64,000 nucleotides of DNA from Lingula anatina (Eukaryota; Animalia; Brachiopoda): positions 2,418,001 through 2,482,000 of the forward strand of contig CM120649.1 in assembly GCA_051362555.1 (NCBI GenBank), written 5' to 3'. Made by a program: the position numbers and the translations under genes. This document shows, piece by piece, positions 13,520 through 25,299 of this stretch (position 1 is its first letter; each line of letters begins with the position of its first letter). The notes beneath the pieces were generated by a model. The model searched no databases and was not told the DNA's origin. It saw only the letters and a program-made list of their open reading frames with translations.

Positions 13520-13604
13520 AACGACAGAAAATGCGCCGTTTTAAAGTGACGAGTCATATTATACAACCTTTTGGCTATATGTAACCCTTATTGAACTTAG
13601 TGTC

Positions 13605-15452
13605 ATGGCATCAAAGAAGTTGTATGAGGAGTTCAGTGACAATTTTCTAACGTGTCACATCTGTCTTCATGAGTATGAGGACCCGCGTGTCCTCCCATGC
13701 TATCACACTTTCTGCCTAGCTTGTCTTGCCCAGCACGTGGCAGCAAGTGGGACTGGAGGCAACATCACGTGTCCAGTGTGCCGCCAGGAGGCGCCTGTTC
13801 CACCAGGTGGGCTGGAGAAACTTGTCCGTAACTTTTTTTTGTCTAAGGTGAAGGACTTCATGTTGACAACAGAGAATAAAGACAAAATGTGCGGTAACTG
13901 TCACTCACAAGTTGCTCAATTTTACTGTCAAGATTGCAAACATTTTTTCTGTGAGAACTGTCGTCAAAAACAACATGACGCTATAAACTTCTTGCGGGGA
14001 CACACAATGCTTTCAGTTTGTGATCACGATAAGCAAGTCCAGCAAGAAATGGACGCTACGCGATTTTGTGATAAGCACAAAGGACAACAGTTAAACTTTT
14101 ATTGCACAGATGATGATGTTGTTGTGTGTCGTGACTGTATTCTCACCAAACACAACAAACACAACTGTGTAGACATTGCAGATGTAGCAGAAATCCATAA
14201 AGAGAATATAAACAGTGCCTTTAATGATGTATCTACGAACATCGCGCTGTTTGAAAAAGCAGAGTCAGAAATATCTAAGCAACAGAAAGATACAACTGAC
14301 GCCGTCAACAAAACGGTGGCCGACATACAACAACAGGAGGCGGATATTATAAAAGAGGTTCAGCTTATTTCTGCCCAGTTGATAGCAGAAGCAAAAGACC
14401 ACGCCGCAACGCACATGAAATCTCTCGAGGCTGAGAAAAATCGCGTTCAACTACAGAAAGTATCCATCCACAGCACATGTGAGTTTGCCAAACAGCTTGT
14501 TCAACATGGCTCCCACTCGGAGGTGATAGCACACGCTAAAAATATCCAAGCAAGGATGAAAGAACTGAACAATATTAGACCCACCGTACAGGTAAAAACA
14601 ACAGAGATCGCTTTCAGTAAAGGAAAATTTCCAGTAGACTTCTTTGGCCACGTAAAGAAGTTAGAATGGCTAAATGCTGCATCTTTGGTGGGTGAGTTTG
14701 GTAGCAGTATGAACAATGTATGGGACATATCATGCAGTCAAAGTGGTACGATATATTTAGTTTGTATCCAGTCGGCTAAACTTGCAGCTATATCACCATC
14801 TTATGAGGTGATATTCCAAGTTGATGTACCAGGTCTCAGTGGTGTCACCGTGCTCAGTGATGACAGACTGGTGGTTACATGTTATGATGGATGCCGAGTG
14901 TATTCCTCCTCCGGAAAACATATCCAAACATTTGGTCACGGTGACATGTTCTACCCCCAGGGTGTTACAGTGGACAACAATGGAAACATACTTGTCTGTG
15001 ACCAAATCAATAAATGCATCTGTGTGTATGACGCTATGCAGTTCAATCTTATCAATAAGATCAGTGTTCCTATGTGTAATTGGCCACAATACCTTGCAGT
15101 GCTCCCATGTCGTGACACCATTGTGGTGAGTGACAGTGCTGGACACTGTGTATATGGAGTGACCCCCCAGGGTGATGTAGTGTTCCAATATGGTACACCA
15201 GGTGAGAAAGGCTCAGGGGATGGATACCTGCACTACCCCTGGGGATTGTGTACAGACAGCGTGGGGCACATCTTCATTGCTGACCAGTTCAATCACAGGG
15301 TGGTTGTTCTGACCTCAGATGGTCAACTGTTGAGATACGTGGTGGGTCCACAGCAGGTTTCACTACCAGTGGGTGTGGCCATTGATATCAAAGGACAGCT
15401 TGTAGTGGGGGAAGGTGAAGGCAAGGTGAAAACATTTCGCTATGTTTCTTAA
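13605..15452 (+). CDS. TRIM-NHL E3 ubiquitin ligase (RING-Bbox1-Bbox2-coiled coil-NHL propeller), paralog 1, 615 aa, intronless
   Basis: C3HC4 RING (CHIC..PCYHTFCLAC..CPVC), B-box1 (CGNC..CQDC..CENC..H..H), B-box2 (CDKH..FYC..CRDC..H..H), a helical region, then NHL repeats (PQGVTVDNNGNILVCD; PWGLCTDSVGHIFIAD). No filamin domain is evident. Confidence 0.95.
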   Translation: MASKKLYEEFSDNFLTCHICLHEYEDPRVLPCYHTFCLACLAQHVAASGTGGNITCPVCRQEAPVPPGGLEKLVRNFFLSKVKDFMLTTENKDKMCGNCHSQVAQFYCQDCKHFFCENCRQKQHDAINFLRGHTMLSVCDHDKQVQQEMDATRFCDKHKGQQLNFYCTDDDVVVCRDCILTKHNKHNCVDIADVAEIHKENINSAFNDVSTNIALFEKAESEISKQQKDTTDAVNKTVADIQQQEADIIKEVQLISAQLIAEAKDHAATHMKSLEAEKNRVQLQKVSIHSTCEFAKQLVQHGSHSEVIAHAKNIQARMKELNNIRPTVQVKTTEIAFSKGKFPVDFFGHVKKLEWLNAASLVGEFGSSMNNVWDISCSQSGTIYLVCIQSAKLAAISPSYEVIFQVDVPGLSGVTVLSDDRLVVTCYDGCRVYSSSGKHIQTFGHGDMFYPQGVTVDNNGNILVCDQINKCICVYDAMQFNLINKISVPMCNWPQYLAVLPCRDTIVVSDSAGHCVYGVTPQGDVVFQYGTPGEKGSGDGYLHYPWGLCTDSVGHIFIADQFNHRVVVLTSDGQLLRYVVGPQQVSLPVGVAIDIKGQLVVGEGEGKVKTFRYVS

Positions 15453-17432
15453 CTACAATTTAAGTAATATGACAGACATTACCAAGCAACATCATTTTTA
15501 ACAGAAAAAGAGAGAAGTATTACAGCGAAACTTTGTGCATGAACATTATTTGTTGAACACATAATCATGGATATTTCTGAAATTTTAATTGTTATATTGG
15601 AAGATGATGATATTGGCTAAAAAAACTATTAGTTATAACATAATGGGAGAGTAAAATAATTCATTATGTACGTTTAAATTCCACACACTAACCAATTTCA
15701 GGTTCAAAAGTGAAAACAAAACAATTTTTTTTCTCTTTTTCGCACTTTTATCGTCAAGTTATATTACTGTATAATAAAGTAACGATCTTGCATTTGAGCA
15801 ATGATGCAGTTTGATATGTTTCTAAAAAAGGACACAGTACGACAAGTGATTTTACCTTCAATGAATCAAATGTACATGAAACAAGCTTGTAAATAAATGA
15901 TTTTAGAAATATCGTCAGTGATACCAGTATTTACTGTGAGACCAGCAGGTATATTGTAACACTAACGTTAGCGCTGGGACATTATGGTTTTAACTCCAAC
16001 CACCGCGATATCCACATGAAGCCGGATACAAGTCACCGTTATCGCGTCTCCTCATACACTACACGTGGATTAGCTACTTGGACCTGAGGTCACACCCTCA
16101 ACTCAAAAAGTAAATGAGCAATATTTTCTTTTTATTATTTCTTTGATATCCTTCTTTTCATGTACAAATATGTGAGTTTAGTTTGTGATTTTACAGAAAA
16201 GGAAAATGAATTGCTGACTGCCATTACATCATACAATAAAAAAATTTAACGGGCGTGTGACTGGATATATGGGCTAACAAAATAATTTGATTGTGAAGTT
16301 TGTGTTATTTATCTTTTTAGATTTTTTAAATTCTTCCTCTCCATTCCCAACTTTTCATTAGAAATACCATTTAGAATCAAATGCATTTCACCATTAAATC
16401 TGCAATAACACTGGAATGATTTGAATATTAATAGCACATTCTGAGACCACCACGTTGTCAGAATTATCATTAAAAAGTATATTTATTCCACGTTGTACTT
16501 GTCACTGAACGGCGACAGGTACACCATTGCGCATTTGTTCAACAGATATCCTAACTCGAGGGAGTGGCCAGCTCAGACTGGCAGAATGGTCAGTGGCAAC
16601 GGCTGATTGAAAACTGTTCAAAACTTGAACTTCTTAGCTAAATTATGACAACATTTAAACAAAATTTCCTTTCGTAAAAGCAATTGACGGGAGTTGGCCG
16701 CCGAGTTCATTACTAAATGTATTTAGAGAATGTGATAGTATTTAGCTTTATTCGTTTGAAGGGGTGTTTTACGGTGAAATGAGAATTTTTTCTCTCGGTA
16801 TGCATATAAAACACTACACTGCCACCCTCTGACGACATATGCCATGAACACCTATCACTGAGGCTCGAGATGTTCTGGGATACATCACTCGGGTGACAGG
16901 GTATTGTCTCACACCTGTCTCACACACAGACAGTCTTACCCGTGACAGTCACACCCACCAGTGAGAACGCTAAAGGACCACACCCTCTCACTCTCTCCAC
17001 GTTACTCAGTCAGGTAAGTGACATAATATGCTAACAGTATATAGTTTATTAATCATAAATAACATTACAGGTGATACAGTAATGTGTTTGGTTAACTACG
17101 ATTTTATATCATCAATAACGCGATAATGGAAAAGACCGACTGTCGTGAGTAACACATACATGTATGATCGGAGTTGAATTACTTCTACTACCAGTTCTTT
17201 CATATTGTATTGAAATTGTGATGTGGAGCTTCGATGAAATCATGAAAATAATCTCTCTTCAGCTCCCCTCCCTCGTCCCTTCTTACTCCGCTTCTTTTCC
17301 TACATGTATCTCTCTCTCTCTCTTTCTGTATTAAATTTAATAAGAATATACTCAAAAGGGCTCCGACGAGACTCAACATCCGACCATTATGTGCGAGATA
17401 CAGATAGAAGCTATGCCCCCGTGTCTTTCCAG

Positions 17433-17515
17433 GTTGCTGTAGTACGCCATGAAGACTGCCTCCGTTAGCTACATTTTGGTCATAGCCATTATAGCTGCCT
17501 GTGTGGAGTTTATTG
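17433..17515 (+). pseudogene. Decayed copy of a claudin/PMP22-like tetraspan exon (5' part)
   Basis: Paralogous to 30982-31065 (MKTASVSYILVIAIIAACVEFIG), preceded by an in-frame TAG and truncated at its 3' end. Confidence 0.35.
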
Positions 17516-18497
17516 GTAAGTTCCAAGCCATCACCTGCGTCTGTCGGCGCCGTCGTCGTGTACTCTTAAAGATAACACGTTTGATGAGAGCAAATTAAAT
17601 GATAAAATGTTGGCAATATGCTAAATTTACTTTGTACAAGTTGTGTGCTGGTCGACAGAAATCGTTATACATTGATACAAACCAAGTCAGGGAGAGGGTT
17701 GACTATATTAGGAACCTATTCTTTCACAACATGAGTTTAAAGAAAAAATATTTCAATTGAGTGGATTCGGAGACAGACATACAAACAAGCGACAAAGGTC
17801 AACGAGCACACATTTACCTTAATAATTTTCTACTTTTATTAAATTTCTATCATTCATTTATCCAATATATGTTGACATGTTTTAGGCTACGTGTTCCAGA
17901 TTCCTTTTGGTATTCATTTTCCTCTTTACAGAGTGCGATCGTCTGCCCACAAATGGGATCTGTGTATACATCAGCAGCGTGTCAAGCAACCTGGGCCCGG
18001 TTGCACCAACAGGGCGTAAATTTACTCGGCTACGACTGTCGTAAACCGCAACGCCTGGCGCCCGTGCGCCAGGTTTACTCTCCCTGCTTACGCCCGTTGC
18101 ACCAAGACAAAAACTGATGGTCGTAACTACGCCCGAGTAACGCTCCGTTGCATCACTGGCAAACAATACGTGAATGAGGAGTTCTCAGCTGCAGTCATAA
18201 TAGAATGATGACATGAATAAACACAAAAGGAGCATTTCAGTGACGGAGAAATTCATGAGCTACATTCTCCCATTTTGATTTAGAAATAAGAATGTTAAAA
18301 TACGTTAACTTTGCTGTTGCCTTGTCTAAATGGCAATAAAATCGTAAATATATTCCGAATCAAAATAATATTATATTATGCTATTATAGTATGTTGTTGT
18401 AAATGAGAAAAACGCGTTAATGGATTTGAACACCGTCACATTTGTTATGGAAACTTTCGAGTCTGAATATAATGCAAAAACGCCAGCATTGCTTTCT

Positions 18498-20153
18498 TTT
18501 TATGTACAGACACAGATGCACTTTTACCGATAACACAATAAGTGGAAAACCATTTTACCTTTTGACTTGAAACTTGCAGAACTGATGAATATTCATAATA
18601 CGCAGGTCAAGTTCGAAAATCAGCATGATCAGGTCACTTTTAGGGAATTTATGCTGTTTTTTCACTTTTTTCAGCATATATGCAGCACCGACAACACAAT
18701 AAGTGGAAAACCATTTTACCTTTTGACTTGAAACTTACAGAACTGATGAATATTCATAATACGCAGGTCAAGTTCGAAAATCGGCATGATCGGGTCACTT
18801 TTAGGTAATTTATGCTGTTTTTTCACTTTTTTCAGCATATATGCAGCACCGATAACACGATAAGTGGAAAACCATTTTACATTTTGACTTGAAACTTGCA
18901 GAACTGATGAATATTCATAATACGCAGGTCAAGTTCGAAAATCAGCATGATCAGGTCACTTTTAGGGAATTTATGCTGTTTTTTCACTTTTTTCAGCATA
19001 TATGCAGCACCGACAACACAATAAGTGGAAAACCATTTTACCTTTTGACTTGAAACTTACAGAACTGATGAATATTCATAATACGCAGGTCAAGTTCGAA
19101 AATCGGCATGATCGGGTCACTTTTAGGTAATTTATGCTGTTTTTTCACTTTTTTCAGCATATATGCAGCACCGATAACACGATAAGTGGAAAACCATTTT
19201 ACATTTTGACTTGAAACTTACAGAACTGATGAATATTCATAGTACGCAGGTTAAGTTCGAAAATCAGCATGATTGGGCCATTTTGAGGGTATTTATGCTG
19301 TTTTTTTCACTATTTTCAATATAAATGCAACACTGATAACACAATATAAGAAAAACGGATTCACCAATTGTAATTATACTCACAGGAGTGGTCAAGTTAC
19401 TAAAACGCAGGTTGAGTTCGAAAATCAGCATAATCGGGCCATTATTTTAGAAGTTATTCTGTTTTTTTCACATTTCCTCAGATTCAATTATTAGGCATGT
19501 TAACAGTCTCATTATTTAACTAATAAGATGCCTAAAAGTGTTTGTTTGATATTTCCTGCATCTTTACAACATTGTTAGTTGATTATGTAAAAAACATGGT
19601 AAACTTGTTATCAAGTATTGTGTAATAAAGTGTCAAAAATGGAAATAAACTCATATCATTGCAGTTTGTCAGATTCAATCATCCACTATGTTCAGAATCT
19701 CAGAATGGAGGAAATTGGACATTTAACACTGTTCTATTGATACTTTCCCCATCTCATCAATTTTCTTAGTTGGTCATATAAAAATGGCAGTAAAATGTTT
19801 ATTTTGTTTTATGTTAAAAAAGTGTTAAAAATGGAAATAACCCATTTCAGAACAGTGCTGTCTTGTTTACATTTTGGCATTTTCAAGTGACTTTGAAGTT
19901 CCATGGGCCTGAAGACCTTTGCTAGTCACATTTTCTGAATATCTGTGATACAAATATTTTATAATTAAAAATTGATGGTCATTAAGCTGTTAAACATTAT
20001 GTAATATTGCATCAAAATTTGAAGAAACCCCTATTTTGGGCACTGCTTCCATGATGACCATTTAAGGAAAATCATGTCACTTACTGTTCTCAAACTTACA
20101 GGAAAGAAACATGGGACTAAAATACAACTTCAGTAGGCAATGCAGTCTGTTTG

Positions 20154-20195
<42 letters not shown>

Positions 20196-20630
20196 GCAGT
20201 TAAACAGTTTTTTGTGAAAATTGAATTTTTCACATATTGGCATTTTCAAGGTGTGACTTTAAAGTTCCATGATCTTGAAGACTTTTGCTTGTCACATTTG
20301 CTGAATGTCCATGTTACTAATATTTTATTAATAACATTTGATTGTCATTATGCTGTTAAACTTTATGTAATGTTGCATCAAAATTTGAAGAAACCCCTAT
20401 TTTGGGCATTGCTCCTATGATGACCATTTAAGGGAAATCATGTCACTTACTGTTCTCAAACTTACAGGAAAGAAACATGGGTCTAACATACAGCTTCAAT
20501 AGGCAACGCAGTCTGTTTGGTAAATTTTTCTGGCAATTTAACAGTTTTTTGTGGAAATTTAATTTTTCACTTATTTGCATCTTTATTTTCTGTTCTTTGT
20601 CTGTACATTTGACAGCTTTGCTGCCTTGTT
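18498..20630 (+). mobile_element. Helentron-associated non-autonomous element (HINE type) with a 161-bp internal tandem array
   Basis: Starts tttatgtacagacacagatg. 161-bp units begin at 18527, 18688, 18849, 19010 and 19171. It ends tgtctgtacatttgacagctttgctgccttgtt and shows no TSD. Confidence 0.75.
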
Positions 20631-20963
20631 ATAATTTTACAACGGTGCCGACAATTTTTTGACCTTTTTATCTATGGTTACACCGTGAGGTATCATTTAA
20701 TTCAATCGAGCTAAAATCTTGGAGTTTGAGAAATACAAGAGACCAAATACATAGGATGAACCTTAAAATGTTGATATTTTTAGCCTTCGTCTCTGTTTAT
20801 ATATTATTAAAATATGAATGATATAAAATGTGAAGAAAAAATTACTATGGTTGGTTATGGTTTGTTAAAATTTGTGAAAAGAATTAAAGAAACCGTACCT
20901 ACATGAGTATAAGATTTAAATGAGCACATGCATATACTGTACATGTACATAGATACACACATA

Positions 20964-21498
20964 CGAGGGTTGATTGATAAGTAGTGAGCCTCGTGTGGAA
21001 AGGGTTAAGCAGGGATATCCCTTTTCAGCCCTTCTATTCCCTGACTATTTAAAGCTGTGTAGCCGAAGTTTGGTGGCATTTGGTTAGTTTATGTCGACGA
21101 GGTAGCACTCTCAAATAAGCAAGGCAAGTGACTTTTGCAAAATGCCCCTGCTAACAAGTCTGTCATTGCCATGGCTGCAATCAACGAGTGTGGCTTTGAA
21201 CTGATAGAACATCCACCGTATTCGCCTGATCTTGCTCCCTCTGACTATTATCTATTTCCCAAATTGAAAAAGGCCATTTCAGATCTCACTTTGTGTCAGA
21301 AGATGACGTCATACGTGAAGTGGAGGGGTTTCTGAACGGCCAAGAGAAGGGTTTCTATAAAAGTGGCATAGAGGCTCTCAAAACTAGATGGCAAAAGTGT
21401 ATAGATACTCAAGGAGACTATGTTGAAAAATAAAGAAAAATACTTGTCAAATGTGTACCCCTTCTATATGAGGCTCACTACTTATCAATCAACCCTCG
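20964..21498 (+). mobile_element. Internally deleted mariner element
   Basis: 29-bp perfect TIR cgagggttgattgataagtagtgagcctc with TA on both sides. The transposase C-terminus (HPPYSPDLAPSDYYLFPKLK; RWQKCIDTQGDYVEK) is frameshifted. Confidence 0.92.
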
Positions 21499-22914
21499 TA
21501 ATGTATTTCATAATCACTTATATATACCCACATTTTCTACGTTATATAAGATAATTGTCATCAAACTCTCTCTGTACCAGCCTAGCCATAGTGGAAAACG
21601 ACCTTCGACCGACTTACACCACCTAGCTGGCAGGCGTAAATTTACGACTAAGTTAAGACCGACGTAAGCACTATTCCAGTTTGGTGCAACTGGCTTTTCT
21701 CGGGCGTAGCATTTTGCGCCCGGTTTACGCCGGCGCAACTGCTACGCCTCACTTACGACCGGTTGGTGCAACCGGGCCCTGGAAATTAAGAAATAACAGA
21801 GGATACAGATGGTCCTCAGCGGGAAGAACATCGACGCACAATACATCGATATCTCCTCAAACGCCGCCGCCAAGGAATTCATGAGGGCAAGTGCAGGACT
21901 GTCGAGTCTTCCCCCACAGCTTTTTAACGGCGAGGAACACCTTGGTGATTACCAAGCTTTTGAGAAAGCAGTTGAAGACGAACGTCTTATGGAGTTCCTA
22001 AAGTTGAACTGATTTATCTCGGTTATTCTGGTTAAAAATGAAGTTTTTAGACACTGTCAAGACGTCAAGACACGCGAATTCACATGTATAATGTACTTCA
22101 ATTGCCATTTTGACGAAAACCTAACAAGATATTAAAAAAAACAGATATGTCTTAAGCTGGACGAGCTGATATGATTGTATTACAGGGGTAGCGGTACATA
22201 ATAAATAGTAGGCCTCAAATGAATAATACAATAAATAGAGCCTTAGTACAAATTATAACTTGCCATGATACGTGTTCACTATGCTGAGGTTTTTTAAGGA
22301 AAATTATTCAATATGTTGCACTCTTTGAAGAGAAGCATTCATTATTTTGCAATCTAAGCTTAAATTCTTTATGCACCTGGTATTTGAATACACATTTCTA
22401 CATATAATGACGCGCATGCGCGGTTAACCTATTTGTACTGGTCGCGTGTGGTGACTACCATTCAGCGAGAGTCCCCTCAGATTTGGATCGATAGAGCGAT
22501 AGTTTTATTTGAAAAGAACCCTTGTATGATAGATTCAGCACGTCCTTTCATGTACAAAATACCCTAAACTATCGTATATCGCGCGTGTTTCGCGGTACCA
22601 AAAGAACTGATAGTGAAAAGCGGATACGCTATGCACACAGCCGAAAGCGTTGTCTGCCTATCCAGTTTTTTATCAGGTATTGTGTTAAGGGTGATGATTC
22701 ACGCTCACCTAACGCATTCTGACAATTGAACTCCCTGTAAAACCGCTCTGAGACCAGTGTATCAGCTACGGGTTAGCTATTGGTCCATATTTGAGGGGGC
22801 GGAGAGATAAACATTTTGTCAAAAAAAAAAAAAAAAGAAAGACAAACACCAATCCATTTTGTTAAAATGAACTAATGCGCTAATGAGGCAAAGCATAGTG
22901 ATTTTAAAGTCTTG

Positions 22915-24258
22915 ACAATCTGGGGGACTACTGCAAAAAATGGAAGCTCACAGTCAATACCAACAAAACGAAAGTAATGATATTTAGTAAGTCAGGCAAA
23001 AAACCAAACATGAATTTCACAATAGACCATCAAACAATAGAAATAACACATGAATATAATTATTTAGGGATAAAATTCAAATCGAATGGATCATTCAAAA
23101 GCGCACTTGATGATCTGAAAGGTAAAGCCATGAAGGCGGTTTTTGCAGTTAAGCAGGCTTTACAGTCCACCACCCACAATATGACCCAGACATATTTAAA
23201 ACTCTTCGATATCCTTATAAAACCCATACTGATGTACGGATGCGAAATCTGGGGACCATCAATCGCATCTAAAAGCATAAAATCTCTTAAATACATGAAT
23301 ATATTGTATAGTATACTTTGCCATTCGAAGTAGTACAAAATAACTATTGCAAATACATTTTAGGTGTGAGGCGCAATGCCAGTAATATAGCAGCTAAAGC
23401 AGAACTAGGTAGATTCCCAATTACACATGACATAATGGGTCATGCTACAACCTACTTGCAAAGATTTTCTGAAATGCCAAAGCAGCGCTTGGCAAAAACA
23501 ATGTATGAATATGAAACAAAACATGATACACAGGTAAAAAATTGGTCAAGCGAAATCAAATACATTACTCAAAATCTAATGAAAACACAGACTAATACCC
23601 CCTCGAAAGCAGAAGTAAAAAAAGCACTGGAATGTCATTATACCCTTTTGTTTCTCAAAGAAATAGAGCGAGAAAACAGCATACTACGTACATATCGATT
23701 ATTTAAAACAAATTATGAAAGGGAAGCGTACACAACAGCACCTATACCAAAACATGAAATGCAAAATTTGGCAAAATTTAGAACAGGGGCACATGACTTA
23801 GAAATCCAAAGAGGCAGATACCGAAAACCAAAATCAATACCCCCTGAAGAAAGGATCTGCAAGTTATGTTCAGATGAAGTGGAAAACGAAATACACTTTC
23901 TTTCAAAATGCCCCTTACTCACCAAACACAGGGAGATCCTAAAACCAGATCCTACACAAACCCCAGAGGGTCAGTTCAAATGCATAATGCAGTCAAACGA
24001 TTTACATGTTATAAAGAATGTGGCCCACTATATCACAATGTGTAATAAGGAAAGAAAAAATATTCTCAACCAACCACCACCTAGTCAACCAAAGTAACGA
24101 GCGTATACTGCAATTGTAAAATCTGATCACAGTTATTGTATAAACAATATTGTAATTTACTATTGTAATTTTAGTTATATGATTATATTATGTATACTGT
24201 TAGGTCATAGTCATTGTAAAAAATGTACTTGAACCGCAATAAATAAATAAAAAAAAAT
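22915..24258 (+). mobile_element. 5'-truncated non-LTR retrotransposon (RTE-X-like ORF2 C-terminus), frameshifted
   Basis: NTNKTKVMIF..YNYLGI..KPILMYGCEIWG..AELGRFP..FRTGAHDLEIQRGRY..ERICKLC..ENEIHFL..CP, with a stop at 24097 and an (AATA)n/poly-A tail at ~24238-24258. Confidence 0.85.
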
Positions 24259-24956
24259 TAAAGAAAAATAACGGCATTCTATTTTCATCATATTAAAAGC
24301 CTAAAAAATGGTTTCGTGTTCCTCTCATATACCGGCCAGCATGCTGACCTACCACCCCTAGTTTGTGTTTATCTGCACAGGACCTTTATTTGAGCTTAAA
24401 CAATATGATACCTTATCTTATGATAACACAGACGGCGGCCAATAGATGGCGGTAGCACCTCAGGCCGCGTTTGAACCGGATTTAAATATCAAAATAATAA
24501 TGGTAATTATATTTAAGAAATAAGACGATCAAGAAAAGAAAGTAATAAAACGAACAAGATAAAATATTATACACGAAAATGAAATACATTTTTCTTAAAT
24601 TTAGATAGAACATGTACATATAGTCCTTGAATTGTTGGCAACCCGTTATCATCAATTAACATGCGTCTATTTCCTCGGTCAAGCTTGCAAAAACTGAACT
24701 GAACGTGTGACTGAAAAAAAATGGGAGGAAAACATACCCCTCCCCCCTCTGACCCAGACAATCAGTTTCCATAAGCCACCACCAAAAACGTCCACTTCCG
24801 GAAGCACGCACTAAAACGCACTTAGCAAAAACCAAGCCGAACGTGACCCGTGACTCCGCATATAAACACCACAACTGCATGCGTTATCGCCACATCCAGG
24901 CGTCGACCCTGTGTGACTGATCTTCCAGCCGAGTACTGTGGGACTCACGTTACACT

Positions 24957-24958
<2 letters not shown>

Positions 24959-24999
<41 letters not shown>
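24959..24999. repeat. (CA)n microsatellite
   Basis: About 20 CA units. Confidence 0.95.
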
Positions 25000-25002
<3 letters not shown>

Positions 25003-25299
25003 TTCCTGACTCGCCCATTGACTGTAAAGAGATAGACAGTCGCGTCCTAAACAGTCACGCCCACTACGCACGACACAGGCTGTTACTCATACAACTGAGA
25101 GCAGTCTGAGAACGACACAAGGACTACACTTTCTCGCTCTATCTCTCCTTCTTCCTAAGTCAGGCAAGTGGTTTGATATAAACACCCACGTATATATTTT
25201 ATTAATCATTAATAGTGTTGTGATAGTGCATTTCCTTCCTTCACCCGGTGTACTCTCCCTGCGCGGAGAGCACGCAATTATGGTAAGTACTGCGCACAC

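Larger units (their letters stand above)
17994..21778. mobile_element. PIF/Harbinger-type non-autonomous DNA transposon carrying nested insertions
   Basis: 17-bp TIR ggcccggttgcaccaac / gttggtgcaaccgggcc, 3-bp TSD CTG (17991-93 and 21779-81) and subterminal gttgcaccaa repeats. Excision restores the SH3BGRL reading frame. Confidence 0.85.
17964..22012 (+). pseudogene. SH3BGRL: SH3BGRL-like (glutaredoxin-fold) intronless pseudogene split by a transposon; coding parts 17964-17993 and 21782-22012
   Basis: Removing the insert gives VYISSVSSNL|EIKK*QRIQMVLSGKNIDAQYIDISSNAAAKEFMR..LPPQLFNGEEHLGDYQAFEKAVEDERLMEFLKLN, with the SH3BGR-family motifs VYI.S, PPQ.FN, GDY..F..A.E and EFLKL. It has one in-frame stop and no in-frame start. 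Confidence 0.85.

Noticed and set aside
13703-15188. Short antisense and alternate-frame ORFs over the TRIM genes (also 39283-41089 and 57599-59103) and over the BEL ORF
   Set aside because: These are shadow ORFs of real coding sequence with no recognisable domains. They recur only because the genes are duplicated.
14700-15452. DGR-like targeted mutagenesis of the NHL domain
   Set aside because: The changes are not adenine-specific, there is no invariant template repeat, and no intact RT is present in the window.
16840-17020. Possible exon (..RDVLGYITRV..), also at 30400-30575
   Set aside because: The frames are disrupted in both copies and I cannot assign a protein family.
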